Shown here: positions 1 through 10,870 of the stretch, in pieces
Position numbering within the stretch: position 1 is the stretch's first letter
Layout: each line of letters opens with the position of its first letter
From: Takakia lepidozioides
Taxonomy: Eukaryota; Plantae; Bryophyta
DNA length: 64,000 nt
Assembly: GCA_030704615.1 (NCBI GenBank)
Contig: CM060732.1
Location: 35,464,001-35,528,000, forward strand
Reading direction: 5' to 3'
Notes under the pieces: generated by a model
Seen by the model: only the letters and a program-made list of their open reading frames with translations
Database searches by the model: none
Told to the model about the DNA's origin: nothing
Made by a program: the position numbers and the translations under genes

Positions 1-492
1 GATCCTTCTTCAGTCCTTGCTCCTAGCTTTATCTTCCTACCCATTGTTCTAACCGTTTCCCTCACTAACCGTCGTCCGTGAACTAACATGTTCCAATCGC
101 AGGTGTTGTTCCCCACAGTCGTTCCCTGTCCTGCTATCCGTTCCCTATGGTCGTGACAGCTGTGTCAAGTGACTGGCTGTGTGAAACTGTGACCGGCTGT
201 GACCGGCTGTGTCGGGCTGTGACTGGCTGTGCGACTGTGTTTGGCTGTGTCGGGCTGTGACTGGCTGTGTGGCTGTGTCGGCTGTGATGGGCTGTGTCGG
301 GCTGTGACGAGCTGTCTTGACTGTGTCTGGCTGTGTCGGCTGTGTCGGACTGTGACGGGCTGTGTTGGCTGTGACGGGCTGTGTAACCCTCCTAAAGTGC
401 GCTGCTGTCACCCCTAAGGCTCTTGTTGGTCTCAGTCTGTGCAAAAATTAAGGGTACCCCACAGATCCCGTATAAGTGTCTAAGTCCTAACA
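1..492 (-). repeat. 3' LTR (partial, runs off window start) of gypsy element C
   Basis: Minus strand begins TGTTAGGACTTAGACAC at 492, directly after a polypurine tract. The sequence matches the LTR at 50815-51829, including the subtype-specific gatccttcttcagtccttgctcctagc. Confidence 0.92.
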
Positions 493-495
493 TTT

Positions 496-510
496 ACCCC
501 TTCCCCTCTC
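496..510 (-). other. Polypurine tract (PPT) of element C
   Basis: GAGAGGGGAAGGGGT on the minus strand immediately before the LTR TG. The same tract occurs at 31767 and 34211. Confidence 0.9.
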
Positions 511-531
511 AAAAAGCCGTGTCCTCACGGT

Positions 532-2202
532 TTACTGATTGGGATTAGCAAACCTTTGTGAGTGAGCACCTTTCTGACGTTGAGAGTTTCGTGGCGGACT
601 GTGTGTACGAGCCCGAGGTCTGTCACTGGTTGACGGAGTTGATTGAACACTACCCGGATAAGTGAGGCCCTCTGGAAACTGATATCGAGGTAACCTTTCA
701 GGCATAGGAGACCCCCATCGCTTCTTCTCTGCCATCTGAATTGCATAGTCTTCTCCCATGTCAAAAGAATCCGCTGAAAAAACAGTTGTATCAGAATCCT
801 CATCGCCTCTCAGGTGTTTTAATTGTCGAACTTTTTGTGGAATCCTCTGGGGCATACAATGTTGTCCTACCATGTCTGGAAGTTTATATTTTAAAACTTG
901 CTGTAAACGCTGAATGGCAAAATTGGTGAAGACCCTGAGCTCCTTGTCTGTCCAGGTGAGTGGGGTACCAATGACCTGGGAATTGTGCAAGTATTTCCAT
1001 GCTAGATGTCCCTTATAGAAAATATCATCAATGCCGAATTTCTGTGTTGACAAATTGTTCCACGCCGCATGAAACCATGAACGAATTTGAGAATCCTTTT
1101 GCATCATAACTTTTGCCTCATATAGGTACATATGAGGTGGCACTGAAGGTAAGACCCAATGATCCCCACTAGATACTCAGAAAGCGCGATTGCATCTTGT
1201 GCTGCTCAATGTGATAACGTACCAGAAAACAAGCAGCGTAGTATAACCCGCATCCCATGACAATACTCGCTACCTCCTTGGTCTTGGTAATAATGAATCC
1301 ATGTACAACTTGGAAGGCAATTAATTCCTTCAACATTGTACCTGCCTCATGCCAGTATTGTGCAAAGTAATGATCCTCAATTGGTCGATTGTTCGGAAGA
1401 ACTTTAGTCCTAGTTGCCACTGGCAGCCAAATGCGCATGATTTGGTAGTAATGTGCTAATGACTGCGGTGGACTAAATTCTTTCCAAGCCAATCCAACAT
1501 GATGGGAATTTGGTTGAAGGACATAATCATAGCCCTACTGTACTCCCTTGCAGCTGGAGTTTTAGGTGGGTTAAAAGCAGCATTGCCCCATACCTCAGGC
1601 TGTGGTGGCTGTGTTGTGGTTGTAGTAACAACAGGGTCAACTACTGGCATAGTGACTTGTTGTGGTGTTGGTGGCACTGGCTCTTGTATCATTGGCATCT
1701 CCTGCACCTCCTGTGAAGAAGACTGAAAAGCCAAAGTTCTGGCATGTAAATAAGAAGCCATTAGCTGTTCCTCAGGTATATAGACTCTTTTGTCGATATT
1801 TGAAGTGAGGTCCTCCACTTGAGTCTGCAGTCCGTCTACATCCTCCTGTAACTCCGCTATCCTACTATAGACATTGTCTATAGTAGTTGTGGCAATGTTA
1901 AGCACTTGCAGTCTGAGCTCATTCATCTCGCTTTGGGTGAGCTTTCGTGGTGCTTTGCCCCCCACTGGCCCTTGTGCTAACCAGACCTGCATAAGGTGGT
2001 TATCCACCAAGTTGCTTGTGGTTCCTCTGAGAGTGTGCACCTCTCTTAGTTTGTACACATCTAATTGCTGTTGTAAAGCCTCCATGCGCTTCGCATGAGG
2101 TTCAACCAAATTCGCATAGGCAACAAGTAGATTATTGGCTTCCTTCCAAGCCTTGTTAGTGACCGAGATTTCATTTCTATTGGCCATGATCGTTTGTTGC
2201 AA
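532..2202 (-). pseudogene. C-terminal part of the post-integrase accessory ORF of element C (coiled coil + unknown domain), frameshifted
   Basis: ORFs 1456-2202, 1169-1492 and 532-1143 are near-identical to 30100-31746 and 32706-34189. Similarity stops at 2202. Confidence 0.88.
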
Positions 2203-3330
2203 ATTGCAATAAGAGGCTCCAATCTGTTGGCAAGAAGTACTCGTTGCTCCACGATTACTCCCTGTGGTACACATTGACTGGCCTTCCATGCCCTCTCGGA
2301 TGAGCACGATGTCATGGTGATCATGAATCGAGGTGAGCGAGGATATACATAGTGTCATTGACATACACCGCAATGTAGATTCATGCACTGTAGCTTCCCG
2401 CAATCGTCTCATGCATGACGTTTTTGCTTCAGTTTTCAGCGTTGGTACTTGTGACGGTGTGATGGTTTGGGGGTGAAGCAGTAGCAATGCAGAGACTATC
2501 CACATTTCAGCCTGCGTACATTATCCTTTTGGGTTTTGCCTCAAGTTTATGTACTTAACTGGCCTCTCCTGTCAAAAACTGAGTGTCCCCTGTACGACGT
2601 TCAGCTTGCCTCTTGTTATCTACTTCTCAGACCTTTCAACCATACTGCTTATGAATCTGTAATACTTTTGTTTCGTGTGTGGTGCAACAACTTGGTAATG
2701 GGCGGTAAAATTACAAGTGCACATGTGGTGATGTCCACATTCAGAACAAATAACAGCACATCTGGATGGTTGAAGGCATAGCCGCCCATGAGCTTCCAGC
2801 TCTAGCAAGAAAGAGTTTTATTTTCGGAAGGACCAAATAATGTGGGGGGTTGCAAATCCATGCAAAGTACACACCCATAATGTGGACTGGTAATTGGTGT
2901 CTGTAACACATAATGGTCTTTGGATTGCTCACCTCAAGCCCCCCATACAAAATATGTATGTTTTTCAAAGAAAGGTCATCTCTACAATTCCAACTCGCAA
3001 TCATGACAAAGCGGGGTGGTACATGCAGAGGGATGAAGCACCGAATCTCACAAACATGAGAAACAGAGAGAAATCACAAAGCAAAAGATCAACTTTGGCT
3101 ATATATGAATCTGGAATCTCCATGATTCTGAATTCATGGGTTCCGAGGTGCCACATACCTTCTTGTGATTCATGAACATTCTCCTCCACCATCACATCGC
3201 CTCTAAATTAAGCAATGATAGAAGCCTCATCCCTGTCACAGTGAGGGTTTTTAAACAAGCCAAAAAATAGAGTAACCGTGGAACGAGCCCTCTCTATGAG
3301 TAAGTCAAAGCCATCATAAATAGGGCCACA
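2203..3330 (-). pseudogene. Unidentified degraded multi-exon coding remnant downstream of the CACTA transposase
   Basis: Protein-like frames at ~3330-3050, at 2808-2620 (Cys/His-rich CSECGHHHMCTC) and at 2513-2203 after a candidate acceptor (gtacgcag|gct). No family recognised. Confidence 0.35.
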
Positions 3331-4042
3331 TACTGTCATGTGCGGAGGAATTGAACCTGTAGCCAACTGAATGGCTTTGCCCCATGCATGGCTCTGCCCA
3401 TGTGACCTGCAAGCACACAGTCAAAAAGTGGGGGTTTACGAACTTGCCAAATCCCAAGCATGAACAGAGGGGTCCCATTAGTGGGGAAGACATGTGAATC
3501 AGCATCCACAGTTGCAATGCCCATCAGATCCAACATGTGACTTGTGTGCAGATTATCCCCCGACTGCACCAAACCGGAACAAACATTATAAAGAAGTACA
3601 TCCCCAACACATTGCACCCAACCCCCACAATCTGAACACAGGGAAAATAGAGAGGGGGAGGGAGGAGCAGAGGCATCAGAATTCAGTTCGTAGCTAGAGA
3701 GTAAGTAAGGCATGGATGTGGGTAGGGGGGGAGATAGTAGAGAGGTGGAGTAACAACTGAAGCAACCCAAAATACCAACATGACGCTATTGCCCTTTTAC
3801 CAGGAATCATCTTCCTCGCTGCTACATTCACAGGGAAAATAACCGCAACAAGTGGATGCTGCAGCACAGGATGTCCGCTGATTTGGGACTCAAAATGCGC
3901 CTCAGTGTGCCACTCAAAATGTCATATAATGCATATGTCATTTTACCAGGCCAGTGGCTGAAGCACAGGGTGTCCAGTGATTTGGAACTGAAAATGTCAC
4001 TCAGTGTGTCAGTTAAAATGTCAACATGATGCTATTGTCCTT

Positions 4043-7000
4043 TTACCAGATGTAGTCATCTTCATCGCTACTACTTTCACTACACTCATGGTCAGTGTTG
4101 CAATCCTCACTATCTCGGTGCCATGGTTCGTCCCTTCGTGGGGGCCTCATCATAGCAATAGTAGCCATCTCAGCTTCGGTAAGGGTCGTTGAAGGTCCAA
4201 ATTCTGTGTTGGGATTCACATCCTCCAATGCCTCCGCCACTTGCATCCTTACGCATGACTCATTCTCACCCAAGCTGACACCAGTGACATCATGTACCAC
4301 GCGCCGTGAGCGCGGCTCCTTCTGAAGTACTACTTTCCAGTTACCAGCATTGGAGGGCTCATCTGCAAAAAAAACTTGCTCGACTTGCCATGGAAATGTG
4401 AATGGTTCATCTCCCGGTGGCAACATGCAATCAAAGTCCACGAGTAGGAAACCATACTCATCCTTCTTCATGGTGCGGTTGCGACCTGTCAAGCTTGCTC
4501 TGACCCATTCACATATGAATACTATAGGAGTGACGGCACCATACTGAAGCTGTAAAATTTCACGAACAACACCAACATATTGCAGCTGGTTCATGACAGG
4601 GTTACCATCCACACCCCTTCCCGTTAACTCTTCGGCAAAAATCTGTGCAACCCCAGAGTCGAATGTGACATGGTAATCAACCACACCTGTTTCCACCACT
4701 CTGTAGTGATTTCCGTATGCCCACATAGACCGAAATGAACGAGCAACAAACCCTGGTGGCTTACACAGATGACGAATATTTGCATCATACGCTGCTCCTC
4801 TTGAAACAACATTTTGTACTGCCGACTGTATCCACATATGAAAAGCAGGCAAAGGCAACATGTTTTTGGGGTATGGAACGGTGCGTTGGTGTGCATTTCT
4901 CCCTTGGGTGGTGTATGTGGCTCGAAATTTGGCTCTGGCTGATTCTATGGTGGCCTTCTCAATATCATAAAGTCTGGTCATACTCAATTCACACTTAGTC
5001 AGGACCATAGTATGTACAAAGAGGCTGAGTGAAAATTGAGAATGCGCCAATTTTGTGTCCGGAAATGGCCCCCAGAATTAGCATGTGAAGCCAAATAAAT
5101 GATGTATACTTACCTCAGAAACGGTCTCATGCACGCCGTGTTGTGAAGCACATAGTTGTGTGCACTAGCCCGAAGCTCAGCCGACAGTTTCCTTGGAGTT
5201 CCAAAGCCCTCTAATACTTCTCCCGCAACACTTTCTTCTTCGTTGCAATCCCAGACCCTTCTACGAGTTCCTGGAAATGCAGCCATGTACTCTGTGAGGA
5301 GTGTTAGAGGACTGTAGGGGACTTAGACACTTATACGGGATCTGTAGGGTACCCTTAATTTTTGCACAGCCAGAGACCAACAGGAACCTTAGGGGTGACA
5401 GCAGCGCACTGTAGAGGGGGGTTACATAGCCCACACAGCCGACACAGCAGTCACAGCCCACACAGCCAACACAGCCCGTCACAGTCGTCACAGCCCACAC
5501 AGCCCACACAGCCCGTCACAGTCGTCACAGCCCACACAGCCGTCACAGCCCACACAGCCCACACAGCCGTCACAGCCCACACAGCCGATCACAGCCCACA
5601 CAGCCAACACAGCCCGTCACAGTCGTCTTCACAACATCATCACTCACAGCCACACAGCCCGTCACAACAGCCCACACAGCCCACACAGCCAGTCACAGTC
5701 GACAATTCGACACAGCCCACACAGCCCACACAGCCGTCACATCACAGTCGTCACAGCCACACAGCCCACACAGCCAGTCATCACATAGCCAAACACAGCC
5801 AGTCACCGCTTGACACAGCTGTCACGATAATAGGGAACGAAGAGTAGGACAGGGAACGACTCAACACCTGTGAACATGTTAATTCACATACGACGGTTAG
5901 AGAGGGAACGGTTAGAACCGCGGATAGGAGGATAAAGGGAGAAACGGGGAATGAAGAGGGGATCATTATTCGGGGAGGACTTCGGAGTCAGGCGGGAGCG
6001 GAGATCGGAGAGCACGATGAAGGAGAAAAGAGGATTAGTAGATGCTTGTTATATGCAAAGCTATAGTGATATAGGAAAGAAGAATAGAGACATAATGGCT
6101 TCGGCCTGATACCTGATAAATCATAATCTGATACTTATACGATACAATCACACTGTGTAGAGAGATCTGAGTGAAGCTGTGGATTGAATGGAGGAGTGAA
6201 GGAAACCGATAAATTGATGAAGCAAACTGAGATAACTGGCCGGAAAGGAAACAAATAGGAAACACCCCATGATACACTAGCTGTAGGTCATGACTGATTG
6301 TTCTGCGCGGGCTGAGTACTTAGAGATTTCCAACTCTTCTATCTTGGAGTTTCCGCCTCGGATAGCGAAGGGATGGGTGAGTAAAAGCCGCGCGACAAGG
6401 AGGCCAAGAGCCTCATCAAGAGAATACCTCCTGGCCATGCAACCTTCTGGCCGGGCATAGCTCTTCACATATCCCTTCAAATTTTTCATGTACCTCTCGA
6501 TGGGGTACATCCAACGCGAACTAACAGGACCACAAACCTCCAATTCATTCACAAGGTGTAGCACAAGGTGGGTCATGAGATCGAAGAATGAGGGGGAAAC
6601 TCTTTCTCCAACAAACAAAGCGTTACACCCACATCCTCCTTCAGGGCTGGTAGTTCCTCGGGATCCACTGTTTTCATGCACAATGCGCGAAATACACGAG
6701 ATAGCTTCATGATTGCGAGCCTTGGACCTTTGCCCAGCAAACCTCGAATGCACAAAGGTAGAACTTGTTGCATCAGTAGATGGTAGTCATGACTCTTCAT
6801 GTGTGAAAGCTTTTTTAGCAATATGCTTCTTAAATGAAGCACCATACCCTGTCGGTGTCTTTAGAGCACCCAAAGTTGCATAGAAGGTAGTAGTTTCCTG
6901 TCGATTCAACATGTAAGGAGCCTGCGGCTTCACCAACTTCCTGCCATCTCCGGGGTGGGGTTTCAACCATAAGTGAGGTCGTATGCCCTCATTCTCCATG

Positions 7001-9320
7001 TCCTTCCTGCTCTTTACTGTGTCTTTTCCCCCCAATATGGTGCGCAATATGTTTTCAGAAATGTTTTTTTCACAGTGCATAACATCAAGGGTATACCGTA
7101 TCAACAAATCCTGCAATCATGGAACCACCATCAATATGGTATACTTTGATGGTAAAGCCAAGAGATGACATCTTAATAATGGGAAAAGGAAGAAACCAGC
7201 CTTGCATGCTGCAGACAGTATCCAGAGAGACAAAAGCCAGACATTTTCATGGAAACAACCATATTGCTGCTACATGTGCCATACATAGGCGACTCCAAAC
7301 TTGCTTCATGCAATTTGCATTAGGCTGAAATCTAAGTCGTGTGTGATGATCCTTACAACTGTATCCATGCAACTATGAAATCAGCCCTGCCGACAAACAA
7401 ACAATGAAGACATACCCACCTTCCAATATGGCAGGTTCCAAAGGATCGACCTTCGCTTCATGCCATGGGATTTGGCAGGGCACACATTCCGGCGACGGCT
7501 GCCAAATGTTTCCATGAACCTCTCGTTTTCCTCCGCATTTTGGAGCTGATCCACAGTGGATACTTGGGGGGGGGGGGGGGGGTGGGGTCTGTGATCGGAG
7601 GCTCCATTGAAGTGGTTGCGATTGCATCTATATGGATGGCCTGCTGGTAAGAATTTCCTGTGCCCCTGGTACACCATTTTGCTCAGTGCACTGGAGTGTC
7701 TGGCATCAAGATTGGGCCCGCACACGGGACAAGCCTTGTAGCCCCCAACTGCACACCCTGCTAGCATGGCATATGCAGGATAGTCATGTACTGACCACAT
7801 CAGAATGGCTCTCATGACAAAGGTCCTTGATCCTTCATTGCCAGATGCATCATTAGCCCTAACACCTTCCCACAACACGGTCAGCTCATCCACCAGAGGC
7901 TGCAAGAACACATCCGCATTGGTCTTCTTCACGGATGTCGGCCCTGGAATTAAGAGTGTCAACATCATAAAAAAAAGGCTTTGTGCTCAGCCAAGGAGGA
8001 AGGTTGTAGTTCATGAGCAAGACTTGCCACGTAGACCATTTTGTTGATTTATCACCAAAGGGATTGATACCATCCCAACCAGACCTAGTCGCAAGTTGCG
8101 AGGTTCAGCTGCAAAAGCATGCCATGTATCGTCAATGTATTTCCATGCAAGGCTGTCAGGCGGGTGTCTCATCTTCCCATCTTGACTTTGGTTCTCCATG
8201 TGCCACACCATAAGCTTAGATATCTCCTTGCACTTGTACATGCGCTGCAGCCGGGGAATCAAGGGGAAATGCCGCAAGACCTTCTGTGGAACCAACGTCT
8301 TCATGCCAGGATGTACCGAGGCGCCCCACATTTAGGGCAAGATGGTGCATCCTGTAGATCTCCCCTGTATAGCACACATCCCTTCTCACAAGCCTGGATG
8401 CTATCGTAATTAAGCCCAGCTTTTGTTATAAGTTTCTTCGCTCCGTAATGAGATTTGGGCAAAAAGTTCCCTTTACAATAGATGTCCGTGAAAAAGTTTC
8501 AGAAGCTCATCCATCGCTGCGTTTGTGACACCATGAGTAGCACTAACATTGAGCAAAGCAACGTCGCACTCAAGCAGCTGGTGGGGCAGCCAACATACAG
8601 AGGTGTGGTTGCTTGATGCTGAAATTGGAAAGCAGCACCGTCATCCCCATCCCCATGACTTTGTCCATCATGATGGCGCTCGTCTTCTCCAAGCCCTTCA
8701 TCCTCATTAATGGTGCTTTGCACATTATCTGCAACTGCAAATGTTTCCTGCAACATGCGAATGATGTCGACGTCGGGGTCTAGATTCTCTCCACCACGAA
8801 CAGGAACAGGGCTAATCTATCTTTCCACATCATCCTCAGGGGGGCTACGTTCTTCCACAAAGTCTTCGTCTTCGGAGTCGACACTCTCCACCTGCATGTT
8901 CACCTGCAAACTATAAGAGTATAGTCTTGTCCAAAATGTAACGTGTTGCATAAAACAGGGAATCTCCAAATTGACCGTGCTAGTTTCCATACAGTAGTCC
9001 ACCGTACATGTACAGTGGAGGGCCGTTCAACATTACCATTCTAAGGGCTTCATCCTAAGTTATGTCTGTGAGAAGTGAGGCGAGAGATGCACGTCACTCA
9101 CCATGGGATAACCCAACAGTGGATCCCGGTCGTTGGCAAGCAAATGCAATTTGGCAGTTTCCACAAATTGGAGTCGACCCCCATGGCAGTCGTTGCAGGG
9201 ACACATTATCTTTGAAATACCCAGTCTAGTTGCACGTCGTTCCTCGATTTGCCAAAGTCTTGCGTCAGTGTGGGGCACCGCAGTGCGGCGCCGGGTGTTT
9301 CTAGTTCTGGCCTCTCTCAT
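4043..9320 (-). pseudogene. CACTA Tnp2/TnpD transposase pseudogene (transposase-associated, Transposase_21, DUF4218, DUF4216 regions), interrupted by a solo LTR
   Basis: Motifs CPCNDC, LRHFPLIPRLQRMY, MRHPPDSLAW, EPRNLRLGL, LLIPGP, HDYPAY/GYKACPVC, LDVMHCEKN, KSHDYH, GPVSSRWMYPIERYM, ARPEG, DEPFTFPWQVEQVFF. GT-AG introns at about 7111-7419 and 4974-5112. Confidence 0.92.
5302..6397 (+). mobile_element. Solo LTR of the gypsy family, 5-bp TSD AGGAG
   Basis: TGTTAGAGG...GCCGCGCGACA flanked by AGGAG at 5297-5301 and 6398-6402. No adjacent PBS or PPT. Removing it restores the DUF4218 frame EALGLL|TEYM. Confidence 0.95.
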
Positions 9321-9393
9321 CCCCCACGAAACGCTTATGGGTTTGGCTAGTTTTTGAAGTGGGAAGTCAGCGAGTGCTCGGATGTGGGGAACC

Positions 9394-10260
9394 TACAGCA
9401 GCGCACTTTAGAGGGGGGTTACACAGCCCGTCACAGTCGTCACAGCCGACACAACCCATCACAGCCAACACAGCCCAACATAGCCAACACAGCCCGTCAC
9501 AGCCGACACAGCCACACAGCCAGTCACAGCCAAACACAGTCGCACAGCCAGTCACAGCCCGTCACAGTTTCACACAGCCAGTCACAGCTTGACACAACTG
9601 TCACGACCATAGGGAACAGATAACAGGACAGGGAACGACTGCGGGGAACAACACCTGCGAATGGAACATGTTAGTTCACGGACGACGGTTAGTGAGGGAA
9701 ACGGTTAGAACAACGGGTAGGAAGATAAAGCGGGAAGCAAGGACTGGGAAAAGGGGGAGATTCTTGAACACTTCTTGGGGGAAGGAAACTTCGGACATCA
9801 GGGAGGGGAAATGAGGCAGAGAGGTATCTCTGGCAGAAAGAGGGAGAGCACGGAGTAGGAGGAGGATGATTTGAGATGCTTAATGGAAGCAAGCTATAGA
9901 ATTGTAATGTAGAGTAGATTAGAGACACCATGACTTTAGCCTGATACTTGATAGATATTAATCTGATACACACTTCATACTCACACTGTGTAGAGAGATC
10001 TGAGTGAAGCTGTGGAATGAATGGATGAGTTGATGGAATCCGATACATTGATGAAGCAAACTGATACTTAATTATCAATAGTAAGGTAGCTAACATGAAT
10101 CCGGGAAGGAAAACAAATAAGAAACACCCCCATGATACACTAGCTGTAGGTCATGACTGATTGTTCTGAGCGGGCTGAGTACTTAGAGATTTCCAACTCT
10201 TCTATCTTGGAGTTTCCGCCTCGGATAGCGAAGGAATGGGTGAGTAAAAGTCGCGCGACA
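9394..10260 (+). repeat. 5' LTR of element B, first ~100 bp missing
   Basis: Aligns with 34323-35196, ends ...CGCGCGACA and is followed by the PBS. Confidence 0.9.
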
Positions 10261-10848
10261 TTTGGCGACCATACTGGGGAACTGAGTCATGAACAACCAA
10301 ATGTGACAGGCATCTGGTGGGATCATGGTGGTTGGAGGATTAAAGAATTTGAAGTGAATCAAATCCCCTGTGGAACGAAGGAAGAAAGATTGTCCAAACA
10401 ATTCTTTCAAAGGTTCTTGGAATTGCCAGACGGTTGTAAAGAAAATATTCTTAAGCGAGTGCATGATGCTGATCCGAAATGGGGTCTGGAGAAGGGAGTG
10501 ATAAAGATATATCAGGTGGCCTGTAGAGGAAGAGCACTTTGGTTACCAACATTGGTATATGTGATAGCATTGCTATCCATTAAGCGAGTAGAGTTTGAAG
10601 GCTGGGAGGAAAGAAAAGTGAATGTTTATACTCATATGCATGACGAGCTTGTACTCGTAAAGAATTGGATTCCAAAGGATATTTTGTGGATCAAACTCAC
10701 ACCAATAACAGCTTTCCAGACTTGTTTGCCATATGGTTATATGGGAACAGAGACTTCAAGTATAGCCAAGGGTGCATTGAAGCTTGAAAGAAACCCAGGC
10801 ATATACGAGAGATATTACAGAAGAGAGTTTTGGTTATTGCCACATTAA
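10153..10848 (+). CDS. Extra ORF upstream of gag (ORF1, 231 aa, unknown function), ATG inside the LTR
   Basis: Open in copy B. Homologous frameshifted copies at ~20493-21187 and ~50230-50920. Differences between copies are mostly synonymous in the segment inspected. Confidence 0.7.
   Translation: MTDCSERAEYLEISNSSILEFPPRIAKEWVSKSRATFGDHTGELSHEQPNVTGIWWDHGGWRIKEFEVNQIPCGTKEERLSKQFFQRFLELPDGCKENILKRVHDADPKWGLEKGVIKIYQVACRGRALWLPTLVYVIALLSIKRVEFEGWEERKVNVYTHMHDELVLVKNWIPKDILWIKLTPITAFQTCLPYGYMGTETSSIAKGALKLERNPGIYERYYRREFWLLPH
10263..10280 (+). promoter_or_regulatory. Primer binding site, tRNA-Arg-like
   Basis: TGGCGACCATACTGGGGA 2 nt after the LTR; identical at 20603 and at 50794 (minus). Resembles the plant tRNA-Arg PBS TGGCGACTCCACTGGGGA (tRNA identity inferred). 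Confidence 0.8.
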
Positions 10849-10870
10849 AAAGAAATGAAAGACATGGGAC

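Larger units (their letters stand above)
2203..9393 (-). mobile_element. CACTA (En/Spm) transposon internal fragment, both termini missing
   Basis: Carries Tnp2/TnpD-type exons in canonical order. There is no CACTA TIR at either junction. Confidence 0.85.

Noticed and set aside
1-5. GATCC at window start as the TSD partner of 51830-51834
   Set aside because: It lies inside the LTR (tcgatccttc at 51321-51330 in the partner LTR), so the match is coincidental.
5261-5847. Thr/His/Gln-rich and Cys-rich ORFs in LTRs (also 145-444, 9354-9623, 34360-34548, 51532-51720)
   Set aside because: These are translations of the CACAG array; frame and length are not conserved between LTRs.
7565-7587. Poly-G tract / G-quadruplex encoding poly-Pro in the transposase
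   Set aside because: A single homopolymer of unreliable length, with no supporting conservation available.
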